Shown: in pieces, positions 30,044-43,043 of the stretch | How positions within the stretch are numbered: the first letter of the stretch is position 1 | Layout: each line of letters begins with the position of its first letter | Notes under the pieces: generated by a model | Seen by the model: the letters and a program-made list of their open reading frames with translations, nothing else | The model's database searches: none | Told to the model about the DNA's origin: nothing | Assembly: GCF_058153355.1 (NCBI RefSeq) | Contig: NZ_CM177019.1 | Reading direction: 5' to 3' (one strand) | Length of the DNA: 64,000 bases | Program-made: the position numbers and the translations under genes

Positions 30044-31441
30044 TTATTGTTTATCCTGCATATACGGCGTATATACCCCGTTCAGACTGTGCAGGAAAGC
30101 TACGATATCATCCACATCCTCCTGCGGCAGCTCTTTGCCTACCTGATAGCGCAGCATCAGTTTTACCGCCCCGTCCAGCGTCGGCACGTCACCGCGATGG
30201 AAGTACGGTGCCGTTAAAGCAACGTTACGTAAACCGGGTACTTTCTGACGCAATTTATCACGCTCTTCTTTAGTAACATTCATACGACCAATATCCGCCG
30301 CCGTAATTTCCCCAAAGTTAAAGTCTTTTTTCAGCCCCAACGGCTCGAAAGAACGTCCGCCGAGAATAATACCACCATGACAAGTTGCACATTTATTATC
30401 TTTAAATAATTGATAGCCTTTTTTCTGTTGCACCGTCAGCGCATTCTCATCTCCACGCAACCATTTATCAAATGGGGAATCCGGCGTAATTAATGTTTTC
30501 TCAAATTCAGCAATAGCATCAGTAATATTTTCGCCACTGAAACCTTGCGGATAGACTTCGAGGAACTGCGCTTTAAGCTGCGGATCTTTTTCCAGCTTAG
30601 CAATAATTTCGTCCCAGGATTTCGACGCCATTTCAATCGGGTTCAACGGCGGTCCACCCGCCTGATCCTGCAATGTTGCCGCACGACCATCCCAGAACTG
30701 CTCAACGTTAAATACTGAGTTAAATACCGTCGGTGCGTTAATCGGTCCAACGGCACCACCAACACCAATCGACGTTTTTCTGCCATCAACGCCACCCGCA
30801 TTTAACGCATGGCAATGTGCACATGAAATGGTGCTATCAGCCGATAAACGGGGATCATGATACAGCGTAAAACCCAACGCCACTTTTTGCGCATCGGTAG
30901 GCAGTTTTTGCGGAATAGGCTGCACCGGTTCATTGCGATGCTCCGGAGCAGTATCATTACTGGCGTAATATTCCGCGCGCTGTTTTGCAATCCAGGCAAG
31001 TATTTCCGCCCGCTCTTCATCACTCACCTTACCCGCCCAGTGTAGCGCGGTGTAACGCGTTGGCGGCATAGTTTCATACTGCATCACCCATTCAATCTTA
31101 TTCAGATCGCTTTGCGAAACGGGTTTATCTGCCAACAGAGCCGCACGCACGGCCTCGAGGTTAAAAGATTTATATCCAAGCTTAATGTCGTAATCCATCA
31201 ACTGTTTCGCGCCAGGAATATAATAATAGGCGGGTAATTCTGCCGAAGGCGTATGACAATAGTCGCATCCTTTTTCGCGAAGAAAACCTAAAACCTGATT
31301 ATTTTCACTGACAGCAGATGCCTGAACATCGGCCTGTTTACTGCGTTTATTATCGTGGTACCACACATAACCAGATAACCCTAAATAGCAAATCGCGACG
31401 CCAGCCAGGCCGATCGCGGTAATACGTGAGACCATTTTCAT
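30044..31441 (-). CDS. yhjA: Dihaem/trihaem cytochrome c peroxidase YhjA (Ccp), 465 aa
   Basis: ORF 30044..31441; several CxxCH haem-binding motifs (CDYCH, CAHCH, CATCH). Confidence 0.9.
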   Translation of the reverse strand: MKMVSRITAIGLAGVAICYLGLSGYVWYHDNKRSKQADVQASAVSENNQVLGFLREKGCDYCHTPSAELPAYYYIPGAKQLMDYDIKLGYKSFNLEAVRAALLADKPVSQSDLNKIEWVMQYETMPPTRYTALHWAGKVSDEERAEILAWIAKQRAEYYASNDTAPEHRNEPVQPIPQKLPTDAQKVALGFTLYHDPRLSADSTISCAHCHALNAGGVDGRKTSIGVGGAVGPINAPTVFNSVFNVEQFWDGRAATLQDQAGGPPLNPIEMASKSWDEIIAKLEKDPQLKAQFLEVYPQGFSGENITDAIAEFEKTLITPDSPFDKWLRGDENALTVQQKKGYQLFKDNKCATCHGGIILGGRSFEPLGLKKDFNFGEITAADIGRMNVTKEERDKLRQKVPGLRNVALTAPYFHRGDVPTLDGAVKLMLRYQVGKELPQEDVDDIVAFLHSLNGVYTPYMQDKQ

Positions 31442-31815
31442 TATTCTTCCCTCACGGTGGTGAGTTATTGTGACCCAGAAAATTTTCCAGAATGCTGCAA
31501 ACGTCTCTGCGAGACAAAGCCATCATAAAAAACAGGGAAATACGCTTTTTGATAGGAATCAATCAATTACATGAATATAAACTATCAATAAAATAGCCTG
31601 CGCCTATTATACAGAGCAGGAATGGCATATCATGATTGCGGCGAGAGCAGGATTGAATGTTCTGAAAATGAAAAACAACACGGAATCCGTATTTTTATAA
31701 ATTCTATTGATATTAGTGCGTTATATTTTTTGACAAGTTAATAAACGTGATCCACCGCACGCTTTGTCGCCCACCAGGCGGAGCGAATGACTACCCTTAA
31801 AGAAAAGCCCGATAA

Positions 31816-33495
<1,680 letters not shown>

Positions 33496-33501
33496 TATTT
33501 T

Positions 33502-33532
33502 TACAGCCAGCCGCTAACTTCCTACTGGCTGT
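33502..33532. terminator. Bidirectional terminator hairpin between convergent treF and yhjB, just upstream of IS4 copy 2
   Basis: tacagccag-ccgctaacttccta-ctggctgta, flanked by atttttt and aaaatt. Confidence 0.55.
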
Positions 33533-33555
33533 AAAATTATCCTCTTCAGGAGGAG

Positions 33556-34981
33556 TAATGCCGATCAGTTAAGGATCAGTTGACCGATCCAGTGGCTGTG
33601 TAAGAATCCGGAAACGCTCACTTGTTTCCGGATTTTTTTATGCACATTGGACAGGCTCTTGATCTGGTATCCCGTTACGATTCTCTGCGTAACCCACTGA
33701 CTTCTCTGGGGGATTACCTCGACCCCGAACTCATCTCTCGTTGCCTTGCCGAATCAGGTACTGTAACGCTACGCAAGCGCCGTCTTCCCCTCGAAATGAT
33801 GGTCTGGTGTATTGTTGGCATGGCGCTTGAGCGTAAAGAACCTCTTCACCAGATTGTGAATCGCCTGGACATCATGCTGCCGGGCAATCGCCCCTTCGTT
33901 GCCCCCAGTGCCGTTATTCAGGCCCGCCAGCGCCTGGGAAGTGAGGCTGTCCGCCGCGTGTTCACGAAAACAGCGCAGCTCTGGCATAACGCCACGCCGC
34001 ATCCGCACTGGTGCGGCCTGACCCTGCTGGCCATCGATGGTGTGTTCTGGCGCACACCGGATACACCAGAGAACGATGCAGCCTTCCCCCGCCAGACACA
34101 TGCCGGGAACCCGGCGCTCTACCCGCAGGTCAAAATGGTCTGCCAGATGGAACTGACCAGCCATCTGCTGACGGCTGCAGCCTTCGGCACGATGAAGAAC
34201 AGCGAAAATGAGCTTGCTGAGCAACTTATAGAACAAACCGGCGATAACACTCTGACGTTAATGGATAAAGGTTATTACTCACTGGGACTGTTAAATGCCT
34301 GGAGCCTGGCGGGAGAACACCGCCACTGGATGATACCTCTCAGAAAGGGAGCGCAATATGAAGAGATCAGAAAACTGGGTAAAGGCGATCATCTGGTGAA
34401 GCTGAAAACCAGCCCGCAGGCACGAAAAAAGTGGCCGGGACTGGGAAATGAAGTGACAGCCCGCCTGCTGACCGTGACGCGCAAAGGAAAAGTCTGCCAT
34501 CTGCTGACGTCGATGACGGACGCCATGCGCTTCCCCGGAGGAGAAATGGCGGATCTGTACAGTCATCGCTGGGAAATCGAACTGGGATACAGGGAGATAA
34601 AACAGACGATGCAACTGAGCAGGCTGACGCTGAGAAGTAAAAAGCCGGAGCTTGTGGAGCAAGAGCTGTGGGGTGTCTTACTGGCTTATAATCTGGTGAG
34701 ATATCAGATGATTAAAATGGCGGAACATCTGAAAGGTTACTGGCCGAATCAACTGAGTTTCTCAGAATCATGCGGAATGGTGATGAGAATGCTGATGACA
34801 TTGCAGGGCGCTTCACCGGGACGTATACCGGAGCTGATGCGCGATCTTGCAAGTATGGGACAACTTGTGAAATTACCGACAAGAAGGGAAAGGGCCTTCC
34901 CGAGAGTGGTAAAGGAGAGGCCCTGGAAATACCCCACAGCCCCGAAAAAGAGCCAGTCAGTTGCTTAACTGACTGGCATTA
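33556..34981 (+). mobile_element. IS4 copy 2 (1426 bp), same orientation as copy 1
   Basis: Same termini as copy 1; its own 12-bp target duplication cttcaggaggag at 33544..33555 and 34982..34993; the transposase ORF is identical at the protein level to copy 1. Confidence 0.9.
33640..34968 (+). CDS. insG: IS4 transposase InsG (442 aa)
   Basis: ORF 33622..34968; identical translation to the ORF at 1441..2787. Confidence 0.9.
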   Translation: MHIGQALDLVSRYDSLRNPLTSLGDYLDPELISRCLAESGTVTLRKRRLPLEMMVWCIVGMALERKEPLHQIVNRLDIMLPGNRPFVAPSAVIQARQRLGSEAVRRVFTKTAQLWHNATPHPHWCGLTLLAIDGVFWRTPDTPENDAAFPRQTHAGNPALYPQVKMVCQMELTSHLLTAAAFGTMKNSENELAEQLIEQTGDNTLTLMDKGYYSLGLLNAWSLAGEHRHWMIPLRKGAQYEEIRKLGKGDHLVKLKTSPQARKKWPGLGNEVTARLLTVTRKGKVCHLLTSMTDAMRFPGGEMADLYSHRWEIELGYREIKQTMQLSRLTLRSKKPELVEQELWGVLLAYNLVRYQMIKMAEHLKGYWPNQLSFSESCGMVMRMLMTLQGASPGRIPELMRDLASMGQLVKLPTRRERAFPRVVKERPWKYPTAPKKSQSVA

Positions 34982-34983
34982 CT

Positions 34984-35586
34984 TCAGGAGGAGATATTTA
35001 ACATCATTGCCGCCTGGGTGCGATTTTTGACTTCCAGACGGCGATACAGTGATTCCAGATGCGCTTTCACCGTTCCGGTACTGATATTCAGCGCCCTGCC
35101 GATCTCTTTATTTGATTCGCCCGCCGCTAACATGGTTAAAATCTCCCGCTGGCGGGCGCTTAACGATTTGAGATCTTTAATGTCCTTTTCCGGCGTCGTT
35201 CGCCAGTCTCCAGGCAGAAACATCATCCCCATCGCCGCACTATTGACCGCCAACGCAAATGTCTCGACGGTTGAATCACGAGGCACAATGGCCAGCACAT
35301 TAAAATGAATAACTTCCTGTAACCACCGTTTGTTGCAATCCGTCGCCGTAATTAACACCTTAACCTCAGGAAATTGCACCACGGTTTTTTGCAGCAACCA
35401 GTAGCAAAACTCACCATCCTGATCGCCATCGAGCATCACTAAGGCTTCAGGGTAACTTTCCAGCTTTTGCCATAACTCGTCTGCCTGACTGGCCCCCTGA
35501 ATACTCACTCCTGGAATACGATGCTGTAAACTGATTTTCATTCCATGAATAAATATTGACTGCCTGTCAAACATGACTATTTGCAT
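34984..35586 (-). CDS. yhjB: LuxR/FixJ-family response-regulator-like protein YhjB (200 aa)
   Basis: ORF 34984..35586; C-terminal LuxR HTH; the stop codon lies inside the right IS4 target repeat. Confidence 0.85.
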   Translation of the reverse strand: MQIVMFDRQSIFIHGMKISLQHRIPGVSIQGASQADELWQKLESYPEALVMLDGDQDGEFCYWLLQKTVVQFPEVKVLITATDCNKRWLQEVIHFNVLAIVPRDSTVETFALAVNSAAMGMMFLPGDWRTTPEKDIKDLKSLSARQREILTMLAAGESNKEIGRALNISTGTVKAHLESLYRRLEVKNRTQAAMMLNISS

Positions 35587-36105
35587 AACTGAATCTCCAC
35601 CTGAATACGTTAAAAAGACTTAAGTAGTGGAAGGGTATTACCCGCGAGAAAAAATAAGAATTCGCCATTTGGCGGTGGCCATTCTACAGAGATGACGCGT
35701 AGAAAATAGTTACCGATATAAATAGTTACAGCTAAACGCCTGAAATTACATGTCGAGGGCATTATTTAAAACAATTTTGAGGATTTCCTTATATTGATGG
35801 CTAGTACGCATGCAATTAAAAATGAAATTCCGCGACCACAAGCCAAAATAACAAACGGCAATGAGACAAAAATAAGCACAAATAGCCAATACGTCCTCTG
35901 TTCACTTTAAAGGGAATCGCTGAAAAATACGCTCTGTTTAAGGGGATTCACCGTTCTCATAAAGCTATTCTCCCCTTTTCCTGCTGAGAAATCGCCACAT
36001 TCGTCATGACAACATTGTGAAACCCGGCATTAGATGTTAGAAAAAACAATAAACAATGCGATATGCGCGTTACTGTTTCGCTGTGAACAACAATCGGTCA
36101 AAGAA

Positions 36106-37005
36106 ATGGATAAAATTCACGCAATGCAGTTGTTCATCAAAGTCGCGGAGCTGGAAAGTTTTTCCCGCGCAGCGGATTTCTTTGCTTTGCCAAAGGGAAG
36201 TGTTTCGCGCCAGATACAGGCACTGGAACATCAACTTGGCACCCAGCTTCTCCAGCGCACCACGCGACGGGTCAAACTCACGCCAGAAGGCATGACCTAT
36301 TATCAACGGGCAAAAGATGTGTTGAGTAATCTCAACGAACTGGACGGTCTGTTTCAACAGGATGCCACCAGTATCAGCGGTAAATTACGCATCGACATCC
36401 CACCAGGAATCGCGAAAAGCCTGTTACTGCCGCGCCTGTCGGAATTTCTCTATCAGCATCCGGGAATTGAGCTGGAACTGAGTAGCCATGACCGTCCGGT
36501 AGATATTCTTCATGATGGTTTTGATTGCGTGATACGCACTGGCGCGTTATCGGAAGATGGTGTTATCGCCTGTCCCCTCGGCAAACTGACCATGGTCAAC
36601 TGTGCCAGTCCGCACTATCTGACGCGCTTTGGTTATCCGCAAAGCCCCGACGATCTGACTTCACACGCAATAGTGCGTTACACACCGCACCTGGGTGTAC
36701 ATCCGTTAGGTTTTGAGGTTGCCAGCGTTAATGGTGTCCAGTGGTTTAAGTCTGGCGGCATGTTGACGGTAAACAGTAGCGAAAACTATCTCGCCGCCGG
36801 TCTTGCCGGTCTGGGGATTATTCAGATCCCGCGCATTGCCGTGCGCGAAGCCCTGCGTGCCGGGCGGCTTATTGAAGTATTACCTGGCTACCGTGCCGAG
36901 CCGCTCTCCCTTTCGCTGATTTATCCGCAGCGTCGGGAGCTTTCCCGGCGTGTAAACCTGTTTATGCAGTGGCTGGCTGGCGTAATGAAAGAGTACCTGG
37001 ACTGA
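36106..37005 (+). CDS. yhjC: LysR-family transcriptional regulator YhjC (299 aa)
   Basis: ORF 36034..37005 trimmed to MDKIHAMQLFIKVAELESFSRAADFF... (LysR HTH). Confidence 0.85.
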   Translation: MDKIHAMQLFIKVAELESFSRAADFFALPKGSVSRQIQALEHQLGTQLLQRTTRRVKLTPEGMTYYQRAKDVLSNLNELDGLFQQDATSISGKLRIDIPPGIAKSLLLPRLSEFLYQHPGIELELSSHDRPVDILHDGFDCVIRTGALSEDGVIACPLGKLTMVNCASPHYLTRFGYPQSPDDLTSHAIVRYTPHLGVHPLGFEVASVNGVQWFKSGGMLTVNSSENYLAAGLAGLGIIQIPRIAVREALRAGRLIEVLPGYRAEPLSLSLIYPQRRELSRRVNLFMQWLAGVMKEYLD

Positions 37006-37053
37006 CCGACTATACTTTTTAAGAATGACCACGACAGAAGGACAAAAGAGCGG

Positions 37054-38067
37054 ATGACGCAGGAAAACGAGATCAAACGTCCCACCCAGGATCTGGAGCA
37101 CGAGCCGATTAAACCGCTGGATAATAGCGAGAAAGGCGGCAAAGTTAGCCAGGCGCTGGAAACCGTCACCACTACTGCCGAAAAAGTCCAACGCCAACCG
37201 ATTATTGCGCACCTGATTCGCGCGACTGAACGCTTTAACGATCGGCTGGGGAATCAGTTTGGTGCGGCTATCACCTATTTCTCATTTTTGTCGATGATTC
37301 CGATTTTGATGGTGTCGTTTGCCGCCGCTGGTTTCGTTCTGGCCTCCCATCCGATGCTGCTGCAGGATATCTTCGACAAAATTCTGCAAAATATTAGCGA
37401 TCCGACGCTGGCAGCTACATTGAAAAACACCATCAATACCGCCGTTCAACAGCGTACGACGGTAGGGCTTGTCGGCCTGGCGGTGGCGCTTTATTCCGGC
37501 ATCAACTGGATGGGTAACCTGCGTGAAGCGATTCGCGCTCAATCGCGCGATGTCTGGGAACGTTCGCCACAGGATCAGGAAAAATTTTGGGTTAAATATC
37601 TGCGTGATTTTATTTCGCTGATTGGTTTGTTGATTGCGCTCATTGTGACGCTTTCGATCACCTCGGTTGCCGGTTCGGCGCAGCAAATGATTATTAGCGC
37701 CCTGCACCTGAACAGCATTGAGTGGCTGAAACCAACGTGGCGGTTGATTGGTCTTGCGATTTCCATCTTCGCCAACTATCTGCTTTTCTTCTGGATCTTT
37801 TGGCGATTGCCGCGCCACCGTCCGCGCAAAAAAGCGCTAATTCGCGGAACATTTCTTGCTGCTATAGGTTTTGAAGTGATTAAAATCGTGATGACCTACA
37901 CACTGCCATCGCTGATGAAATCTCCGTCTGGCGCAGCATTTGGCTCCGTGCTGGGACTGATGGCGTTTTTCTACTTCTTCGCTCGTCTGACGCTGTTTTG
38001 CGCGGCGTGGATTGCCACCGCCGAATACAAAGACGACCCGAGAATGCCGGGGAAAACGCAGTCTTAA
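37054..38067 (+). CDS. yhjD: Inner-membrane protein YhjD (337 aa)
   Basis: ORF 37054..38067; polytopic membrane protein; synteny. Confidence 0.85.
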   Translation: MTQENEIKRPTQDLEHEPIKPLDNSEKGGKVSQALETVTTTAEKVQRQPIIAHLIRATERFNDRLGNQFGAAITYFSFLSMIPILMVSFAAAGFVLASHPMLLQDIFDKILQNISDPTLAATLKNTINTAVQQRTTVGLVGLAVALYSGINWMGNLREAIRAQSRDVWERSPQDQEKFWVKYLRDFISLIGLLIALIVTLSITSVAGSAQQMIISALHLNSIEWLKPTWRLIGLAISIFANYLLFFWIFWRLPRHRPRKKALIRGTFLAAIGFEVIKIVMTYTLPSLMKSPSGAAFGSVLGLMAFFYFFARLTLFCAAWIATAEYKDDPRMPGKTQS

Positions 38068-38079
38068 AATATGCCGGAT

Positions 38080-38170
38080 GCAGCGTAACGCCTTATCCGG
38101 CCTACGAATTTATTCGGCCTGGCTCCCCGTAGCCGGATAAAATGCGCCAGCATCGCATCCGGCTATCATG
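38080..38170. repeat. REP/BIME-type palindromic repeats downstream of yhjD
   Basis: gccggatgcagcgtaacgccttatccggcctac ... gccggataaaatgcgccagcatcgcatccggc, typical REP units. Confidence 0.6.
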
Positions 38171-38473
38171 CGCACATAACCACTTAAACTCTTCCCCAGA
38201 GCCTTTTCTGTCATCTCTTAGGAGCAAACAATTTCATTCCAACTCATTACTCCAGCATATAAATCCAGTTGGTAACTTTTATTTAACCTAAAACCAGTTT
38301 TATCCACCATTTATGAAATTATGTGAAGCATTTCATAGAAGAAAAATCACCAGCTTAAACATTATTCCCTTTTTGGCTGATTTTCGACCAACTCCGCGAT
38401 TTGTTACACATTGAAATATCACTTTTGCTGTGCGTAATATGGCTATTCGTTAGCCAAAAAATAAGAAAAGATT

Positions 38474-39796
38474 ATGCAAGCAACAGCCACAACACTCGAA
38501 AATAACCAGGAATTTACGCCGGTAAACTCACGTAATAAAGTTCTGGTTGCCTCACTCATCGGTACAGCCATTGAGTTCTTCGACTTCTATATTTACGCAA
38601 CGGCAGCCGTTATTGTGTTCCCGCATATCTTCTTCCCACAGGGTGATCCTACGGCAGCAACGCTACAGTCGCTTGCCACCTTCGCCATCGCCTTCGTCGC
38701 GCGCCCTATTGGCTCTGCCGTCTTTGGTCATTTTGGCGATCGCGTTGGGCGTAAAGCGACGCTGGTCGCCTCGTTGCTAACGATGGGGATTTCGACCGTG
38801 GTGATTGGTCTGCTGCCGGGCTATGCCACGATTGGTATTTTCGCCCCGCTGCTGCTGGCACTGGCTCGATTTGGTCAGGGTCTGGGCTTAGGCGGCGAAT
38901 GGGGCGGAGCGGCGCTGCTGGCAACCGAGAACGCACCACCGCGCAAACGTGCATTGTACGGCTCCTTCCCGCAGCTGGGCGCACCGATTGGCTTCTTCTT
39001 TGCCAACGGCACTTTCTTACTGCTTTCCTGGCTACTGACCGACGAGCAGTTTATGAGCTGGGGTTGGCGCGTGCCGTTTATCTTCTCGGCGGTGCTGGTC
39101 ATTATCGGCCTGTATGTTCGCGTGTCGCTGCATGAGTCGCCGGTGTTTGAGAAAGTCGCTAAAGCGAAAAAACAGGTGAAGATCCCGCTGGGTACGCTGC
39201 TGACCAAACATGTTCGCGTAACCGTACTGGGTACGTTCATTATGCTGGCAACCTATACGCTGTTTTACATCATGACGGTCTACTCAATGACCTTCAGTAC
39301 CGCCGCCGCGCCCGTGGGTCTTGGCCTGCCGCGTAACGAAGTATTGTGGATGCTGATGATGGCAGTGATTGGTTTTGGCGTGATGGTGCCAGTCGCCGGA
39401 CTGCTGGCCGATGCCTTTGGTCGTCGTAAAAGCATGGTAATCATCACCACGCTGATCATCCTGTTCGCGCTGTTCGCCTTTAACCCGCTGCTCGGTTCTG
39501 GCAACCCGATTCTGGTTTTTGCCTTCCTGCTGCTGGGGTTAAGTCTGATGGGACTGACCTTCGGGCCGATGGGCGCGCTGTTACCAGAGCTGTTCCCGAC
39601 AGAAGTGCGTTACACCGGAGCATCGTTCTCTTACAACGTAGCGTCGATTCTCGGGGCTTCCGTTGCGCCGTATATCGCAGCCTGGTTGCAGACTAACTAC
39701 GGGTTAGGTGCGGTGGGGTTATATCTGGCGGCGATGGCTGGCTTGACCTTAATCGCCCTGCTGCTGACCCATGAGACGCGACATCAATCGTTGTAA
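38474..39796 (+). CDS. yhjE: MFS transporter YhjE (440 aa)
   Basis: ORF 38474..39796; 12-TM MFS signature; synteny. Confidence 0.9.
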   Translation: MQATATTLENNQEFTPVNSRNKVLVASLIGTAIEFFDFYIYATAAVIVFPHIFFPQGDPTAATLQSLATFAIAFVARPIGSAVFGHFGDRVGRKATLVASLLTMGISTVVIGLLPGYATIGIFAPLLLALARFGQGLGLGGEWGGAALLATENAPPRKRALYGSFPQLGAPIGFFFANGTFLLLSWLLTDEQFMSWGWRVPFIFSAVLVIIGLYVRVSLHESPVFEKVAKAKKQVKIPLGTLLTKHVRVTVLGTFIMLATYTLFYIMTVYSMTFSTAAAPVGLGLPRNEVLWMLMMAVIGFGVMVPVAGLLADAFGRRKSMVIITTLIILFALFAFNPLLGSGNPILVFAFLLLGLSLMGLTFGPMGALLPELFPTEVRYTGASFSYNVASILGASVAPYIAAWLQTNYGLGAVGLYLAAMAGLTLIALLLTHETRHQSL

Positions 39797-39799
39797 TAA

Positions 39800-39912
39800 G
39801 AGTGAAAAGCCTGATGCGCTACGCTTATCAGGCCTGAATTCCCATACAATATATTGAATTCGCAAGGATTTGTAGGCCGGATAAGGCGTTCACGCCGCAT
39901 CCGGCAGTTTCC
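39800..39912. repeat. REP-type palindromic repeats between convergent yhjE and yhjG
   Basis: gcctgatgcgctacgcttatcaggcc and ggccggataaggcgttcacgccgcatccggc. Confidence 0.6.
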
Positions 39913-39913
39913 A

Positions 39914-41974
39914 TCACTTCTTCATCTGCGACAAAATCGTCCGACACTGATTAGCCTCCCCTTCGGAAGGAGAGATCAGCGCCAGTAACGCCGCCGCCGG
40001 TGTTACCAGCGTTGCCAGTGCCGCCGCGACGGCTCCGCGAGCAATCAACGGTCCGGCTTTTACCCCAGCCTGCGGATTTTTAAATGTCCCACGCACATAC
40101 AGCGGCGAACGCAGTGTGATAATGCGAATCCCTTTACTTTCTGGATCGATAGTCAAATCCAGTTGCTCCGAAGCAAAACTTGCCGTGCCGGTAACATTGA
40201 TCAACGCATTCTCAGTATCAAAAGCAAAAATCTGCGGACGCGCCACACCGTTGGCAATATCCAGATTCGCCGCCGCGCAGTTCACCCGCACCTCATCATC
40301 ACCAAATATCGCACCGACAATGTAGTTGCCGACATTCAGGCCGACAATCTCCATCAGGTTGCGGCTCACCAGCCCGTCATTCATCAACAGTTTCAGGTTG
40401 CCGTTACTGTTGCCTAAAAGCGCCGCCACCGAGTTACCGCTACCGCGTAGTTCCGCGTCACCGTTCATTTCCCCCAGCGTCTTCTGCATCAGTTCTACAT
40501 CGGGCATCAGTTCTTTGAGTTTCAGCCGACGCGCCTGAATATCAGCCCGCCCTTGCATCGGCTTTTTATCGCCTTCCAGATGAATATTCGCCGCAATGCT
40601 GCCGCCTGCCATGCCAAATTTCAGCGGTTGCAGGCGCAGGTCAGCATTTTTGAGGATGATATGAGTAGAAAGATCGCTAATCGGCAAGCTACTACCATGT
40701 TCAATGCGCCGACCTTTGAAGCGGACATCGGCATCCATGACGTCCCATTTATCGGTTTCGAAGCGGTCATAAGGCAGCACTTTGCCCGCAGGCTGAACGC
40801 TTTTTTCGCCTTTCTTCTGCTCAGACCGTTTCGACTTTTCTGCACCTTTTCCAGAATCAACGCCAATCAATGGCCCTAAATCTGCCAGCCGCAATTGCCG
40901 CGATTCGACATCACCTTCCAGTTTTGGCCGTGGCTTGCCGGTGGTGTAGATCAGAGAACCGTGGATATCACTATCGCCAATGCGCCCATTAAAGCCTCGA
41001 TAATCAAATACCGACGATTTTTCAGTGTCGATTTTCGCGACCAGCCGACCATCGGTTTCAAACGGCGGGGTATCGGGCAGCAGAACGCCCGTCAGTTCAT
41101 AGAGATCACCCAGCGAATCGCCAGAAAATTTAAGCCGTAAATCGACACCGCCCATCTTCATTGGGTCATTCACGACGCCATCAAAAGCGACGCGAGTATT
41201 CCCGGAGCGGAAATCAGCCTGTACCGGAAACGGTGTACCTTCGCCGCGTAGTGCCAGCATACCGCCGATTTTACCTTTGCCCGTGAGCGGTTCACCGTTA
41301 TAACGTCCCTGCGCCTTCAGACCAAAAACGTAATCGCCCACCTTTTCTTTGTCCGCTTTACCTTTCGATCCGGTAACTTCACTGAACGGCAGCGGCTTGC
41401 CTAACGGATCGACAAAAATTTCCAGATCCGCTTTGCTTACTTTGTCATCAATAGCGATCCGCCCTTGATCGAACAGAATATTATCCAGTCGAAACGACCA
41501 CGCAGACGGCTTTGCATTCATGTCTTTGTTGTCATCATTGGCGAGATTAAAGGTCCAGTTATTGTTCTTTTCAGAGAGACGAATCAGACGCGCGTCGGGC
41601 TTCTCCAGTTTTATCCACGGTAGCCAGACCGTTTTGGTCAGCAACGCCAGCGGGGCCAGCGTCGCTTCTACCCGCGGCAAATGCACCATTGTTACTTCGG
41701 GAATATCCGGCGGATTGCCAAGAATGATGTCTTCTGCATGCACATGAGGCCACGGCACCCAGCTGCGCCAGCCGGTTTCTTGTTTTTGCCGCTCCCACAC
41801 CACGCCCAGATCGCCACGGATAGCGAATGGACGATTCAACTCCGCAGAGACTTTCTGGTTGATGGTCGGTTTGAGTCGATTCCAGTCAAATGTTGCAATC
41901 AAAATGATCGCCACGACAATCAACAACAAGAAAGTCCCTGAAATCGCAGCGGTTATTTTGCCTGCCTTGCTCAT
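39914..41974 (-). CDS. yhjG: AsmA-family outer-membrane assembly protein YhjG (about 686 aa)
   Basis: ORF 39914..41989; start placed at MSKAGKITAAIS...; the alternative start MRKRMMSK at 41989 is possible. Confidence 0.85.
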   Translation of the reverse strand: MSKAGKITAAISGTFLLLIVVAIILIATFDWNRLKPTINQKVSAELNRPFAIRGDLGVVWERQKQETGWRSWVPWPHVHAEDIILGNPPDIPEVTMVHLPRVEATLAPLALLTKTVWLPWIKLEKPDARLIRLSEKNNNWTFNLANDDNKDMNAKPSAWSFRLDNILFDQGRIAIDDKVSKADLEIFVDPLGKPLPFSEVTGSKGKADKEKVGDYVFGLKAQGRYNGEPLTGKGKIGGMLALRGEGTPFPVQADFRSGNTRVAFDGVVNDPMKMGGVDLRLKFSGDSLGDLYELTGVLLPDTPPFETDGRLVAKIDTEKSSVFDYRGFNGRIGDSDIHGSLIYTTGKPRPKLEGDVESRQLRLADLGPLIGVDSGKGAEKSKRSEQKKGEKSVQPAGKVLPYDRFETDKWDVMDADVRFKGRRIEHGSSLPISDLSTHIILKNADLRLQPLKFGMAGGSIAANIHLEGDKKPMQGRADIQARRLKLKELMPDVELMQKTLGEMNGDAELRGSGNSVAALLGNSNGNLKLLMNDGLVSRNLMEIVGLNVGNYIVGAIFGDDEVRVNCAAANLDIANGVARPQIFAFDTENALINVTGTASFASEQLDLTIDPESKGIRIITLRSPLYVRGTFKNPQAGVKAGPLIARGAVAAALATLVTPAAALLALISPSEGEANQCRTILSQMKK

Positions 41975-42044
41975 CATTCGCTTCCTCATATTTCTTCCTG
42001 TGCCAGTCCTAAAGATAGTCCAGCCAGGCAGAAAATGAGGCAGC

Positions 42045-42812
42045 TTATAGCGCCAGAACTGCCGAATTCAGCGTTTCTATCGGTGCCGGGCGTGAAAGAA
42101 ACCAGCCTTGTGCGGCAAATGCAGGCGAATTTTGTACATCGCGCCACTCTTCCTGCGTTTCCACACCTTCGACAATCACCCCGCGACAATAGCGATTCAT
42201 GAGATGTAAAAGCTGAGAAAAGAGCGTGCGTCCTTCCGGCGACTGACGAAGCATCACAAACAGCTCACGGGCGATTTTGATGTAGTCGTAACGTACTTCA
42301 CTTAGCGCAGAGAAATTCGCCATCCCAGTGCCGAAATCATCCAGCCACAGCGGACCAAATTCACACATCGAGGCAAAGGTTGAGTCTTTTGGCAGGCGGA
42401 TGTGTTCTACCAGTTCGAAACGCAGCCAGGGAAGATGCTCAATCTGGCGCAGGATTTTTGGTTGCTGACGCAGGGCGATGAGCGTAGGACCATCAATATT
42501 GACCGATGCCAGCAGGCCGTGCTCGACAAAGAAGTCAGCATTTTGCGCCAGCAAATCAATCTGCTCTTTCACAACCTCCATCCGATGGCTGACGGTGATT
42601 TCAGTAAAATAGCGATCCGGCGGCAGACGTTGTAAAGGGTTCGAGGGATGCGTGACCACCGTTAATAGCTCCACGGCCATTAACCGTCCGCAGGTTTGAT
42701 AGATCGGCTGCCAGGTGTAAGCACGCTCACACTGCAACCAAAAACGCCGTTCCTGCAAGCTCTCGATGCTTGCTTCAGGGTTGCTTATTCGCTGGATAAC
42801 CTGCCTTATCAT
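42045..42812 (-). CDS. pdeH: c-di-GMP phosphodiesterase PdeH (YhjH), EAL domain, 255 aa
   Basis: ORF 42045..42857 trimmed to MIRQVIQRISNPEASIESLQ...; matches PdeH. Confidence 0.9.
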   Translation of the reverse strand: MIRQVIQRISNPEASIESLQERRFWLQCERAYTWQPIYQTCGRLMAVELLTVVTHPSNPLQRLPPDRYFTEITVSHRMEVVKEQIDLLAQNADFFVEHGLLASVNIDGPTLIALRQQPKILRQIEHLPWLRFELVEHIRLPKDSTFASMCEFGPLWLDDFGTGMANFSALSEVRYDYIKIARELFVMLRQSPEGRTLFSQLLHLMNRYCRGVIVEGVETQEEWRDVQNSPAFAAQGWFLSRPAPIETLNSAVLAL

Positions 42813-43043
42813 CAAAGATGTCCTGTGTTTAAAAGTGATGCTGCCCGGACTCGACAAAGATTATCGGCGCGCAAGGGCAGAACTTTACCGCCTGGCCGGG
42901 TTAAATTTCCCCACTCCACAACGGAATCTTTCAGGAATACGTTCTGGCTCAAAAAAATAATGGAACACTGTTTTAATATGGTTGACCAGCAAACCACCAC
43001 AGCGCAAACTAACGCTAATTTTTTACAGATCAGGTTCACGACT

